This document shows positions 36,096-46,600 of a stretch of DNA of 64,000 nucleotides, piece after piece. The stretch comes from Acidobacteriota bacterium. GTDB taxonomy: Bacteria > Acidobacteriota > Vicinamibacteria > Vicinamibacterales > SCN-69-37. Where the stretch lies: the NCBI GenBank assembly GCA_009694745.1, contig SHUF01000001.1, forward strand, positions 12,914 through 76,913, read 5' to 3'. The notes beneath the pieces were generated by a model. It had not been told where the DNA came from, made no database searches, and saw only the letters and a program-made list of their open reading frames with translations. Every line of letters begins with the position of its first letter. Position 1 is the first letter of the stretch. A program made the position numbers and the translations under genes.

Positions 36096-37532
36096 ATGAA
36101 GAAACTTTCGCTCGTCGTGTTGTGTGCGTTGGTGGCCACCACTGCTTCGTCAGGGGCCGGCAAGGGTGTGACCGAGTGGCACATGTGGGGCGGGTCTCCT
36201 GACCGCAACATGGTGTCGGACGCCACCGGAATGCCCTCGACCTGGGACGTGAAGACCGGAGAAAACATCAAGTGGGTGGCCGCGCTCGGTTCGCAGAGTT
36301 ACGGCAACCCCGTGGTGGCCGGCGGTGTGGTGCTCGTGGGCACGAACAACGAAGCCACACGTGACCCCAAGCAGGCCGGCGACCGCGGCGTGCTGATGGC
36401 GTTCCGCGAATCGACGGGCGAGTTCATGTGGCAGGCGACCTATGAAAAGCTGACGTCGGGGCGCGCAAACGACTGGCCCTTCCAGGGCATCGCGTCGTCA
36501 CCGCTTGTGATTGGCGAGATCGCGTACTTTGTGTCCAATCGCGGCGTGGTGGTGGCGGCCGACATTCAGGGCTTCCACGACAATGAAAACGACGGCGAGT
36601 TCAAGACCGAGACACTCACCGGCAAACACGACCCCGACGTCGTCTGGCAGTACGACATGATGGAAGAGGTCGGCGCCTTCCCGCACAACCTCGCCAACTC
36701 GTCGCCGAATTTCTATCAGAACCTGCTCTACGTCTCGACCGGCAACGGCCAGGACGAAAGCCACGTGAACATCCCGTCACCCAACGCGCCGGCGATCATC
36801 GCGCTCGATCGCACCACCGGAAAGCTGGTGTGGGAGGACGCATCGCCGGGCGACAAGATTCTGCACGGCCAGTGGTCAACGCCCACGGTGGGCAGCATCG
36901 GCGGCGTTGTGCAGGTCGTGCACGGCCAGGGCGACGGCTGGCTGCGCAGCTACGAGGCGCTTACCGGCAAGAAGTTGTGGGAGTTCGACACGAACCCGAA
37001 AGACGCCGTCTGGCCGAAGACGCGCAACGAAATTATTGCCACACCGGTGATCTACGAGGACGTGGTGTATCTCGCCAACGGCCAGGACCCCGAACACGGC
37101 GAAGGCGTCGGGCACCTGTACGCCATCGACGGCACCAAACGCGGCGACATCACGGACTCGGGCCGCCTCTGGCACTACACCGACATTCGCCGGACGATTT
37201 CGACACCGGCGATCAAGGACGGACTGCTCTACTACCCGGACTTCAGCGGTTTCTTCCACTGCATCGACCTGAAGACCGGCAAGCAGGTCTGGAAACACGA
37301 CATGTTTGCGGCCATGTGGAGCTCACCGATGATCGTGGACGGCAAGGTCTACCTGGGTGACGAAGACGGCGACGTCACCGTCTTCCAGCACGGCCGCGAG
37401 AAGAAGGTGCTGAACGAAATGAACATGGGCAGCTCTGTGTACTCCACCGTCGTCACCGCCAATGGCGCGATGTTCGTGATGACACGCAACAACCTGTTCG
37501 CGATTCAGCTTGGCGCGAAGCGCCTGCCGTGA
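36096..37532 (+). CDS. Secreted PQQ-like beta-propeller repeat protein
   Basis: ATG at 36096 (MKKLSLVVLCALVATTASSG). WHMWGGSPDRNMVS, repeated ...DGKVYLGDEDGDV... and ...TGK.VW.. blades. Confidence 0.75.
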   Translation: MKKLSLVVLCALVATTASSGAGKGVTEWHMWGGSPDRNMVSDATGMPSTWDVKTGENIKWVAALGSQSYGNPVVAGGVVLVGTNNEATRDPKQAGDRGVLMAFRESTGEFMWQATYEKLTSGRANDWPFQGIASSPLVIGEIAYFVSNRGVVVAADIQGFHDNENDGEFKTETLTGKHDPDVVWQYDMMEEVGAFPHNLANSSPNFYQNLLYVSTGNGQDESHVNIPSPNAPAIIALDRTTGKLVWEDASPGDKILHGQWSTPTVGSIGGVVQVVHGQGDGWLRSYEALTGKKLWEFDTNPKDAVWPKTRNEIIATPVIYEDVVYLANGQDPEHGEGVGHLYAIDGTKRGDITDSGRLWHYTDIRRTISTPAIKDGLLYYPDFSGFFHCIDLKTGKQVWKHDMFAAMWSSPMIVDGKVYLGDEDGDVTVFQHGREKKVLNEMNMGSSVYSTVVTANGAMFVMTRNNLFAIQLGAKRLP

Positions 37533-38683
37533 TGGCCGGGGTCGGGTGGCGTCGGGCACTGCTGATCGGCGCATGTGGGCTGCTTGCGATCGGAAAGGTC
37601 CACTTTGTCCACGCGCAGACCGTCACGTCCTGGCCTCAGTTCCGCAACTCACACACGCTGACCGGCGTGGCGGGATCTTCCCTGCCGACGACCTTGCGCC
37701 TGCAGTGGACGTATGAGGCCGGCTCGGCGATCGAGTCTTCGGCCGCGGTGGTGGATGGTGTGGCCTATGTGGGCACGGCTGGGGGTGCGCTGGTGGCGAT
37801 TGATGCTGCCAGCGGGAAGCTGAAGTGGTCGTACCGGGCGACGTCTGATGACCTGGGTATCGGCGAATCGTCGCCGGCGGTGGCCAATGGCGTGGTGTAC
37901 ATCGGTGATCTCGCCGGCGTGTTTCACGCGGTTGACGCAGCCACCGGCAAGGCGCGATGGACGTACAAGACGGGGGCCGAGATCAAATCATCACCAGTGG
38001 TGGCCGGCAACACCGTGCTGATCGGATCGTACGACGGCCATCTGTATGGCCTGAATGCCGCGACCGGCGCGTTTCTCTGGAAGGCCGGCACCGACAACTA
38101 CGTGCATTCCACGCCGGCCATCTGGAACGGGGTGGCGTACTTCGGCGGTTGTGACGAAGTGTTCCATGGCGTCCGTATCAGCGATGGCACCAAAGTGCTG
38201 GCCATGGCGACGCAGGCCTACACGGCCGCGTCCCCTGCCATCGCCGCCGGGGTGGCGTACTACGGCACATTCGCGAACGAGGTGGTCGCGGTGGACATCG
38301 CCGCGAAACGCGTGAAGTGGCGGTTCCTCGATCCCGATCGCCAATTCCCGTTTTATTCGTCAGCCGCCCTCAGCGTCAGCGGCAGTGGCGGCACCATGGT
38401 GCTGGGCGGCCGTGACAAGAACGTGCGCGCCATCGACATGGCGACGGGGAAGCAGCGCTGGTCCTTCACCACCCGGGCGCGAGTGGAATCCTCGCCGGCC
38501 ATCGCAGGCACCAGGGTCATCGTGGGCTCGAGCGACGGCAAGCTCTATGTCCTTGACCTCGGCTCGGGAAAAAAGCTCTGGGAGTTCGATGCCGCCGCGC
38601 CCTTCACGGCCTCTCCCGCTGTCGCCGGCGGACGCGTCATCATCGGCGACGGAGACGGGCGCCTCTACGCGTTCGGCCAGTAG
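37529..38683 (+). CDS. Secreted PQQ-like beta-propeller repeat protein (BamB-like fold)
   Basis: 384 aa. GTG 37529 or ATG 37532 overlaps the upstream stop. WPQFRNSHTLTG, and seven or eight blades of pattern SSPAV..G.VY.G..DG.L.A.D..TGK..W. Confidence 0.75.
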   Translation: MMAGVGWRRALLIGACGLLAIGKVHFVHAQTVTSWPQFRNSHTLTGVAGSSLPTTLRLQWTYEAGSAIESSAAVVDGVAYVGTAGGALVAIDAASGKLKWSYRATSDDLGIGESSPAVANGVVYIGDLAGVFHAVDAATGKARWTYKTGAEIKSSPVVAGNTVLIGSYDGHLYGLNAATGAFLWKAGTDNYVHSTPAIWNGVAYFGGCDEVFHGVRISDGTKVLAMATQAYTAASPAIAAGVAYYGTFANEVVAVDIAAKRVKWRFLDPDRQFPFYSSAALSVSGSGGTMVLGGRDKNVRAIDMATGKQRWSFTTRARVESSPAIAGTRVIVGSSDGKLYVLDLGSGKKLWEFDAAAPFTASPAVAGGRVIIGDGDGRLYAFGQ

Positions 38684-38780
38684 ACCCACGACGGATCACC
38701 ACACGACGCATAGATTCGTAGTGCGCCAAGGCGTATCTCACGACTCGGAGACACAGCGGAATCACAAGCCCATGCGGTGC

Positions 38781-38863
38781 CCTCCGTGCCTCCGCATCTC
38801 CTGTCATCCGTCGTGACAGAGGAGTCCTCCGTGCCTCAAGGCCTCTCCTGTGATCCGTCGTGA
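38781..38863. repeat. Two tandem ~38-bp direct repeats, plus an inverted partial copy at 38687-38698
   Basis: CCTCCGTGCCTCCGCATCTCCTGTCATCCGTCGTGAC (38781-38817) and CCTCCGTGCCTCAAGGCCTCTCCTGTGATCCGTCGTGAC (38826-38863). CACGACGGATCA at 38687-38698 is the reverse complement of the repeat end. Confidence 0.8.
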
Positions 38864-38909
38864 CGGTGTAGGCTACACTGGCCGTTTTCAGCGGCGGAAG
38901 GTTGCCTGA

Positions 38910-39798
38910 ATGGACATCACGAAACCCGTGCCAGAACTGGCGGTCATTTTGCCGGCGTTCAACGAAGCCGCCGGCATTGATGGCACGTTGGCGCGCGTCC
39001 GCGAGGTGCTCGCCGGCTTCCCCGTGTCCACCGAGATCATCGTGGTGGACGACGGCTCGACCGACGACAGGGGCACGTGCGGCCGCAGCCGGTGTGCGGG
39101 TCATCACGCATACCTGGAATCGGGGATACGGCGCCGCCCTCAAGACCGGCGTCTTCGCCACAGAGGCGCCCGCCATCATGATCATGGATGCGGATGCCTC
39201 GTATGCGCCCGACGCGATGCCGCGCCTGTATGCCAGGCTCGACGGCGCCGATATGGTGATAGGAGAGCGACGGCTGATGTCGGCCGGCGTCGCGTGGATC
39301 CGGCGTCCGGGCAAGTGGCTGCTCAACCGGCTTGCGGGTTACCTGGTCGGCGTCCGCGTTCCGGACCTCAATTCGGGACAACGCGTCATGAAGCGCGAGA
39401 CCCTGCTGCGCTACATGCACATGTGTCCTGCGGGGTTCTCATTCACCAGCACGATCACGCTCGCCATGCTGGCGAATGGGCACAACGTGCTCTTCGAGCC
39501 GGTGGAATACGCGAAGCGGGCGGGCCAGTCGAAAATCCGTCCGTCACATTTTGTCAGCTTCATCCTGCTGGTGGTCCGGGCGATCGTGCTCTTCAATCCG
39601 CTCAAGGTGTTCCTGCCGGTCGGCGGGGTGGTGTTCCTGATCGGTGTCGCCAAGCTGATCGAGGACATTTACCTGTGGAACCTGTCGGAGACCGCCGTGA
39701 TGGCGTTTCTCTCGGCCATCACCATCTGATCGGTCGGCTTGTTGGCCGACATGATTTCGCGCCTGCAGATGCAGTCGCCTTGGCACCCGAAGGACTGA
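38910..39798 (+). pseudogene. Family 2 glycosyltransferase (polyprenyl-phosphate sugar synthase-like), disrupted by a frameshift and an in-frame TGA
   Basis: Frame of 38910 reads ...AVILPAFNEAAGI...EIIVVDDGSTDD, then becomes nonsense. The +1 frame continues ...AAAAGVRVITHTWNRGYGAALKTG...DADASY.... The shift lies near 39066-39075 (GACGACAGGGGCA). TGA at 39727-39729 is followed in frame by SVGLLADMISRLQMQS...* ending at 39798. Confidence 0.75.
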
Positions 39799-39807
39799 CA
39801 GTTCGCG

Positions 39808-40676
39808 ATGGTTCGCTGGGTCATTCGTGCCGCCGTGTCCGCGGCCGTCGTCGCCATTCTTCTCAGTATCATTCCGCTCGACACCGTGCTCGACGCCCTG
39901 CGCCGCACCAGCGTCTGGACCTGGTCGGCCAGTGTGGTGGTGTTTTTTGCAGGGCATTACCTGAACGCGATCAAGCTGCGCGTGGTGCTGGGACCAGCAG
40001 AAGGGCTGAACTCCGCCTGCGTGCGCGCGCAATACGCCGGGCTGGTTGCGAACCTCAGCCTGCCTGGGTTGGCGGGGGGAGACCTTGTGCGTGCGGCGTA
40101 CCTTGCACCGCTGGTTGGGGTGAAGCGCGTCACGTTCGCCAGTATTGCCGACCGCCTGATTGACACGGGCACCGTGCTGATGCTCGTCGTCGTGGCGTTG
40201 CCATTTGCCGGCGTGCCGCCCGGCATCGCCCGCGTCATTCAAGACGCGAGCCTGTGGGTCGCAGCCGGCGCCGTCATCGCCCTCATCGCCGGGATTGTTG
40301 TATTGCGGTCGCGGCGATTCTCCGGTCTGACCACTCAAATCAGCGCTGCGTGACGACGCTGATGACGCGGCGGCCGGCATGGGTCGGCGCGGTGGTGATT
40401 TCGCTCGTGGTACAGTCGGCGTTTGTGATGACCAATGTCTGGCTGGCCCGGCAGATCGGTGTCACCACCGACGTGCCGGCCTGGTTCGTGGCCTGGCCCC
40501 TCTCCAAACTCATCGCCGTGCTCCCCATCAGCCTGGGCGGCATCGGTGTGCGTGAGGCTGCGCTGGTCTCGTTGCTCGCGCCGTATGGCGCGCCGCGCGA
40601 AGTCGTCCTCGCGTCCGGCATCCTCTGGCAGGCAGTGCTCATCGTCACGGGTGTCGCCGGACTGATCGTCACGTAG
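39808..40676 (+). pseudogene. Flippase-like (UPF0104/LPG-synthase TM-type) membrane protein, split by a frameshift
   Basis: The N-half ORF 39808-40353 ends ...TTQISAA*. The C-half continues in another frame from about 40354 (TTLMTRRPAWVGAVVISLVVQ...PISLGGIGVREAALV). A single-base indel near 40350 restores one protein of about 290 aa. Confidence 0.7.
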
Positions 40677-40714
40677 ATGCTGCCTCGGTCTACGCCCGCC
40701 ACGGTGGCACCCAA

Positions 40715-40861
40715 ATGAAGTTCGTCGTGCTCGGGGGCGGCCCCGCCGGTCTGGCGGGGGCCTACAAGCTGTCGCAGCGCGGCTGGACCGACGTGACCGT
40801 GCTTGAGCGCAGCAGCCAGGTGGGCGGCAACGCCGGCATCGATCATGCCAGAGGCGACTGA
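40715..40861 (+). pseudogene. N-terminal 48-aa stub of an FAD/NAD(P)-binding oxidoreductase
   Basis: My own translation: MKFVVLGGGPAGLAGAYKLSQRGWTDVTVLERSSQVGGNAGIDHARGD*. Rossmann GxGxxG plus the VGG motif, then a stop. Intact family members are several hundred aa. Confidence 0.6.
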
Positions 40862-40863
40862 CC

Positions 40864-41265
40864 GTGTTGTGGCTGGCCTGGCGAAGCCGCCGCGAGGCGT
40901 GGACAGACGCGGCGCGACGTCATGCGGATTTCCTGCTGGCCGTGGTGTTCTTCCTCCTGTGGTCACCAACGATCTGGGAGCACTACCTGTCGCTGTTGTT
41001 CCCGCTGCTCATATTCGTCGTGGCCGCCAGCACGCACTTCAGCCGTCAGGCGCTCATCATGGTGGCGCTGATCTTTGTCCTGTCACTCGTCCAGAATCTG
41101 ATCGTCGTCAACTGGTTCCGGTATGGATTCGCGTTTGACACCCTGCCTGCGCTGGTGGGCGCCGCCCTGGTCAAGAGTGCGCCCTTGCTGTTGACGCTGC
41201 TGCTCCTGTGGCGGCATGCCGACGAGTGGCTCCGCAGCCACGCCGCCTCCCGATGGGAGTCGTGA
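40864..41265 (+). pseudogene. C-terminal fragment of a polytopic membrane protein, possibly a GT-C (DUF2029/GT87-like) glycosyltransferase
   Basis: 133-aa GTG-initiated ORF starting 3 nt after the oxidoreductase stub. FLLWSPTIWEHYLSLLFPLL and the following TM helices resemble the C-terminal part of such enzymes. No N-terminal catalytic region. Confidence 0.4.
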
Positions 41266-41784
41266 TCAGCGACGCTCCCTTGTCCACGTCAGCGTCGCGA
41301 TGCCGGGCGCCCATGCGGCCGTCCACGCCACGAGATGCCACAGGTAGTTGCGTGCCTCGGGGTGATCCGTCCAGATTCCCGAGACGAGGTAAAACGTCAG
41401 CCCGCTCCCGACCGCAGCCAGCGCCCCTGGTATAGCCCAGCGACCTACCGCACCCAGGGCGCCACGCAGCCACGCGGCGACCGCCGCAAGGAAGATCCAC
41501 ATGAACACCCAGGCGGCAATCAGCGCGCCGAGGTAGCCCGCAACGCCGACCACCGCATAAAACCCGAGTGCCCCGGCCACGCCGGCGACGACACCACCGA
41601 TGGCGCCGCGTATCAGCGCATTGGCGTGGTGACCCAGCACCAATCCGACGGCCAGCAGAAGGGCGGCCCCGTGCAGGATGCCGTGCACCGGGGTATGGCG
41701 CACGCCGAACTCGAACCAGACGTAGTCGCCGAGCGTGGCGACGAAGGCCACAAACACCACGCGCGCCAGTAGGATCAGCACCAC
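41266..41784 (-). CDS. Hypothetical integral membrane protein
   Basis: 172 aa with four or five predicted TM helices (e.g. GILHGAALLLAVGLVLG, WVFMWIFLAAVAAWL). No family recognised. Confidence 0.6.
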   Translation of the reverse strand: MVLILLARVVFVAFVATLGDYVWFEFGVRHTPVHGILHGAALLLAVGLVLGHHANALIRGAIGGVVAGVAGALGFYAVVGVAGYLGALIAAWVFMWIFLAAVAAWLRGALGAVGRWAIPGALAAVGSGLTFYLVSGIWTDHPEARNYLWHLVAWTAAWAPGIATLTWTRERR

Positions 41785-41792
41785 GAAAGGTC

Positions 41793-43166
41793 CTACTCGG
41801 GCAGGTCCGTGCCCTTGGGTTCAGGCAGGAAAAAACTGAGGCCGAAGCCCGCGACGTACACAAACGTCGCGACGATCGTGGCCGCCATCGCCAGTTGCAC
41901 GTGAGGCGCGCCACCGAGGTTCGACGCGAGCGTGGTGGTGACGAAGGCGAAGCCGGTGCCGAGCATGCGGCCGCCGACATTGGCGGCGAATGCCTCACCC
42001 GTGCCGCGCAGGTGCGTCGGGTACACGCGCGGCAGATAGTTGCCCCAGAAGCTGAATTGCGCCACCGTGAACAGGCCCGCGAAGAACATGCCGATCTTCA
42101 GCGTGTCGAGGCTGGATGTCGGCGCGAACCAGAACACCAGGGGCACGACGATGATTCCAGGGACCTGGAAGACGCGCAAGAGGCCGCGACGGCTGGCGAT
42201 GACAATCACGAGCATGGCGAGGAGCGTTCGACCTACCAGGCCACCAATTTCCTGCCACCACTGCACCGCCGCCGACTGCTGCTGCTTCATGCGCCCGCTC
42301 TCGACACGCCATAACGCCGCGCCAGGCGCATCCTGCGGCATCGGACGCGCGGGCGCCATCGTTGCCACGTCAGGTGTGGCGGGCACAATACGCGGCATGT
42401 GTTGAATGGCGCCGAATGCCGCACCGTACGAACACGCGAACATCAGGGTGGTGACGATGGTGGTGCGGCGGAGTTCGGGGCTGAAGAGTTGCGCCACGCT
42501 GGGCCGGCGCAGCGTGCCGGCCTGTTTCTTGGCCAGCCACGCGGGTGACTCCGGCAGGAACGGCCGAATGATGATGAGCGGCAGCGCCGGGACGATGCCC
42601 GACATCAAGGTGTAGCGCCAGGCTTCGTGTGCGCCGTAGATCTCGGGCAACGACGCGGCATTGGCCAGAATCCAGACGCTCGCTGCCGTGACCAGGGCGC
42701 CACCGAGAGAAGAAAACGCCTGCGTGTAGCCAAGCACTTTCTCGCGCTGCTTCGCGTCCGGGAACAGTTCGGCCAACCATGAGACCGCGGCCACGAACTC
42801 CACACACACGCCGATGAACGTCAGGCTGCGGAAGAAAAGGAACTGCCAGATGTTGGTGCTGAAACCGGCCGCAAAGGCGGAAAAGGCGTAGAGGAGGATG
42901 CTCCACGTCAGCACGCGGCGGCGGCCGAGTCGATCGGTGAGATAGCCGCCGAGCAGGCCGAAGATGCCGCCGGCGATGGCGGGCACCCACAACATCACGC
43001 CGACCCAGTCGTTGTACGCCGGGGTGCCCGGCGCCACGTTCACCAGTTCGCGCAATGCCGGCGCGATGATGAGCGGCAACATCAGCAGTTCGTAGATATC
43101 AAACGCGAAGCCGATGGCCGCGATTACGCAGATCAGCCATTGCGTGGATGTCAGCCGGGGCGTCAT
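41793..43166 (-). CDS. MFS transporter
   Basis: 457 aa. GFAFDIYELLMLPLI, GGYLTDRLGRRRVL (MFS loop 2-3 motif), 12 TM pattern. Paralog of 48029-49375. Confidence 0.85.
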   Translation of the reverse strand: MTPRLTSTQWLICVIAAIGFAFDIYELLMLPLIIAPALRELVNVAPGTPAYNDWVGVMLWVPAIAGGIFGLLGGYLTDRLGRRRVLTWSILLYAFSAFAAGFSTNIWQFLFFRSLTFIGVCVEFVAAVSWLAELFPDAKQREKVLGYTQAFSSLGGALVTAASVWILANAASLPEIYGAHEAWRYTLMSGIVPALPLIIIRPFLPESPAWLAKKQAGTLRRPSVAQLFSPELRRTTIVTTLMFACSYGAAFGAIQHMPRIVPATPDVATMAPARPMPQDAPGAALWRVESGRMKQQQSAAVQWWQEIGGLVGRTLLAMLVIVIASRRGLLRVFQVPGIIVVPLVFWFAPTSSLDTLKIGMFFAGLFTVAQFSFWGNYLPRVYPTHLRGTGEAFAANVGGRMLGTGFAFVTTTLASNLGGAPHVQLAMAATIVATFVYVAGFGLSFFLPEPKGTDLPE

Positions 43167-43193
43167 CAGGCAAACCTCATTGAATGCGACGCA

Positions 43194-43616
43194 TTATGGC
43201 ACGGGGCGTACGCCCTGGGATAAACGGGCGCGAACGGATTCGGGCACGTCGATGGAGCGCACACTTCCGTCTTCGGCGTGCGTCACGCAGGCAGAGGTCA
43301 TGGACCCGGTGGCCATGACCTCCGTCCCACGCCAGAGGGTGCAGCGGTACCGGATAGATCGGCGCCCGATCGCTTCGACGGCAATCTCCACCTCGAATTC
43401 GTCCTCGAATCTCAGGGGCGCCTTGAAATCGCAGGTGGCGTTAACGCGTGGATACCCCACCGTCGCGCCAGTGGGCCAGATGCTCATGCCAAGCGCGCGC
43501 CAGAGGGCGTGCTCGGCCTCCTCCATGTAGCGGAAGTACCAGCTGAAATGCGCGATTCCGGCCAGGTCGGTCTCATGAAACTGAACCCGGCGGGAATACT
43601 GGAAGCGGGCAGGCAT
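43194..43616 (-). CDS. Acyl-CoA thioesterase (hotdog fold, YbgC/4HBT-like)
   Basis: 140 aa. RVQFHETDLAGIAHFSWYFRYMEEAEHALWR is the typical 4HBT N-terminal motif. Confidence 0.8.
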   Translation of the reverse strand: MPARFQYSRRVQFHETDLAGIAHFSWYFRYMEEAEHALWRALGMSIWPTGATVGYPRVNATCDFKAPLRFEDEFEVEIAVEAIGRRSIRYRCTLWRGTEVMATGSMTSACVTHAEDGSVRSIDVPESVRARLSQGVRPVP

Positions 43617-43698
43617 GGCAGCATTATTATGCGGCGGCTGAAAGAAGATACGGCTCCCGGGTCAACTGGCGGCCCGTTACGTTCGTATACTGCAATGC

Positions 43699-46600
43699 AT
43701 GTTCACCAAAAAGACCCGGCTCGCGTTGCTCCTGACGACCCTCTGTGTACTCGCCGCGTCCCCCGCCTTTGCGCAAACCGGCGCCACGCTCGCCGGAGTG
43801 GTGCAGGACAGCACGGGTGCGGTGCTGGCTGGGGCGCAGGTGGTGGCGCGACAGGTGGCCACCGACGCGACACGCCAGGCCACGAGCGGCTTTGATGGCC
43901 GCTTCACCATCGCCGGCCTCCCGGCCGGCAACTACGAGGTGCGGTCTGACTTCCCCGGCTTCCGCCCGTTGGTGCGCGCCGGCATCAGCCTCACGGTCGG
44001 TGAAAACGCGGCCGTCATCCTGACCATGGAGGTGGGCGCGACCGAAGCCGTCACGGTGACCGCCGCCACGTCACAGGTCAACACGCGCTCGTCGGAACTG
44101 AGTTTCCTCGTCGATCAACGAACCATCGCGCAGATTCCGGTAAACGGCCGCAACTACACAGACCTTATGTCGTTGCTCCCGGGCGTGACGCCCTTTGCGC
44201 ATCGCGACAACGGGTCGGTGGTGGCGCACGGCGTGGCCATGAGCGTCAACGGCCAGGACCCGCGCGCCAACGTGTATCTGCTGGACGGCACGCTGCTCAA
44301 CGACTTCACGAACGGGCCGGCCGGGTCCGCGGCCAGCACCGCGCTGGGCATGGACACCGTGCAGGAATTCCGGCTCGAGTCCAACTCCTACAGCGCCCAG
44401 TTCGGACGAAACATCGGCGGTCAGGTCAACGCCATCACCAAATCGGGGTCGAACCAGTTCGCCGGCAGCGCGTTCGAGTTCCACAGGAACGAGGCGTTCG
44501 ACGCGCGGAACTACTTCGACGTCGGCGACAAACCCGACTTCATGCGGAACCAGTTCGGCGGCACGGCCGGCGGGCCGCTCGTTCGCGACCGGCTGTTTTT
44601 TTTCGCCGGCTACGAGGCGCTGCTCGAAACACTCGGCCGCACAATCCTGACGACCGTGCCGGACGACAATGCACGGCTTGGTCTGCTGCCGGGCGGCGTC
44701 ACTATCCCGATCAACGCCGCGGTGCTGCCCTACCTCAACGAATTCCCCAGGGGGAACGGCGAAAACCTCGGCGGCGGCCTGGCGCGCTATACGTTCCCGT
44801 TTGATCAGAAACTCGCCCAGCACTTTGCCCAGCTCCGCCTGGATGCGGTGCTCGCCAATGGCGCCCAGCTCTTCGCGCGCTACACCTTCGACGATGCCGA
44901 GCAGCGGCTGCCGACAGACTTTCCACAGTTCCCGCGTTCGTTCATCTCGCGCAATCAGTTCGCGACGGCGGAATACCGCCAGGCCCTTGGACAACGGACC
45001 TTCCACACCGTGCATCTGGGCTACAGCCGCACGCGCGTGGGCCAGAACGTGGAGGCCAACACGACGCAGCCGGTCAGCGAGTTTGCCGCCGGCCGTTCCC
45101 TGATGGGCGCCATCGACATCGGCGGTATCCCCCGCTTTGGCCCCCAGCTTTCCGCCAACCTCCGCCTCCGCCAGGACGTGTTGAGCCTGAAGTACGACAT
45201 CACGCAGTCTCGCGGACGGCATTTCCTGAAGGCCGGCGCGCTGGCCGAGCACTACGTCTCGAGCGAATTCAACCCAACGTTCAGCCTGGGCGTGTTCCGC
45301 TTCGCCAATCTCGCCGCGTTCCTGCGCAACACGCCTGCGAGCTTCATCGGCCTGACGCCAAATGGCGACGTCAACCGCCGCTGGCCGTTCACGATCTACG
45401 GCGCCTACCTGCAGGACGACATTCAGCTGACGCCCCGGGTGACGGCCAACATTGGCCTGCGGTTCGAAGGGTCCACGATGCCGGTGGACGAGGGCGGGCG
45501 CGACATCAACATGCCCGACCTGCTGGGCGCGCCGGTGGTGGGCCAGTTGTACGACAATCCGGCGCCTACGTTGTCTCCCCGTGCAGGCGTGGTCTGGGAT
45601 GTGCGCGGCGATGGCCGCACATCCATTCGCAGCGGCTACGGTCTGTACTACAACACCAACAACCACCAAAACCTTATCGTCACCGTCACCAACCCGCCGA
45701 GCACTCCGCGCGTGGTCCTCACTAGTCCGACGTTCCCGGTGCCGCCGTTCGAACGGCTGACCGGCATCTCGGTGCGGCCCATCCAGTACGACGTGCAATT
45801 GCCGCGCGTGCACATGTGGAACGCGAGTGTGCAGCAGGAGTTTTTCACGGACTGGGTGGCGACCGTCAGTTATGCCGGCGCCCGCGGCACACATCTGTGG
45901 CGCAACTCGGACGTCAACGTGCCGGCGCCCGCCATGCTGGCTGACGGGACGTTGTTTTACGCGGCAGGACTCCTGCGCCCCAACCGCAACTACTCCGCGA
46001 TTGAACTCAAGTCCAGCGATGGCGACTCCTGGTACAAAGCGCTCATCGTCGAGGTGAAGAAGAGGTGGAGCCACGGCCTGCAGGTGCAGTCGTCGTACAC
46101 GTGGTCGACGTCTGAAGACACCACCCAGAATTCCACGTTCTTCTCGGACTCGACCACGGCCACCACGTCGGCGATGCCCGAGTTCATTGAGGGCTACAAC
46201 AAGGGCTTGTCGGACTTTCACGCCGAGCACAACTGGGTGACCAACTTCGTGTGGGAGCCCATCAGCGGATGGCGCCTGTCGGGCATCGTGCGCCTGCGCA
46301 GCGGCAGCCCGCTGACGCCGTTTGTGCAGACGAACCGGTCGCGGTCGCTCTGGTCTCCGTCGCTGGGCCCCGGTACCGGGCCGGACCGGCCGAGTTATGC
46401 GTCTGGGCGCAACGCGTCGAACGCGGTCACGGGCAACCCCGCGCAGTGGTTCGACCCGACGGCGTTTGTGCTACAGCCGATCGGGACATTCGGCAATGTG
46501 GGCCGCAACGCGCTTCTCGGACCCGATCTGCGCACGGTGGACCTGGCGTTGAGCAAGATGTTCGGCCTGAGTCGCATTGGATCAGGCCGAGGCACGGTCG

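Noticed and set aside
38781-38863. Direct repeats of about 38 bp as a mini CRISPR array.
   Set aside because: Only two copies, separated by 8 nt rather than a spacer-length interval. The repeats are not identical, and there are no cas genes in the window.
39060-39730. Programmed frameshifting or TGA recoding (selenocysteine or readthrough) in the GT2 gene.
   Set aside because: No slippery heptamer with a downstream structure, and no SECIS-like hairpin after the TGA. Neighbouring genes also carry lesions, so decay or sequence error is the simpler explanation.
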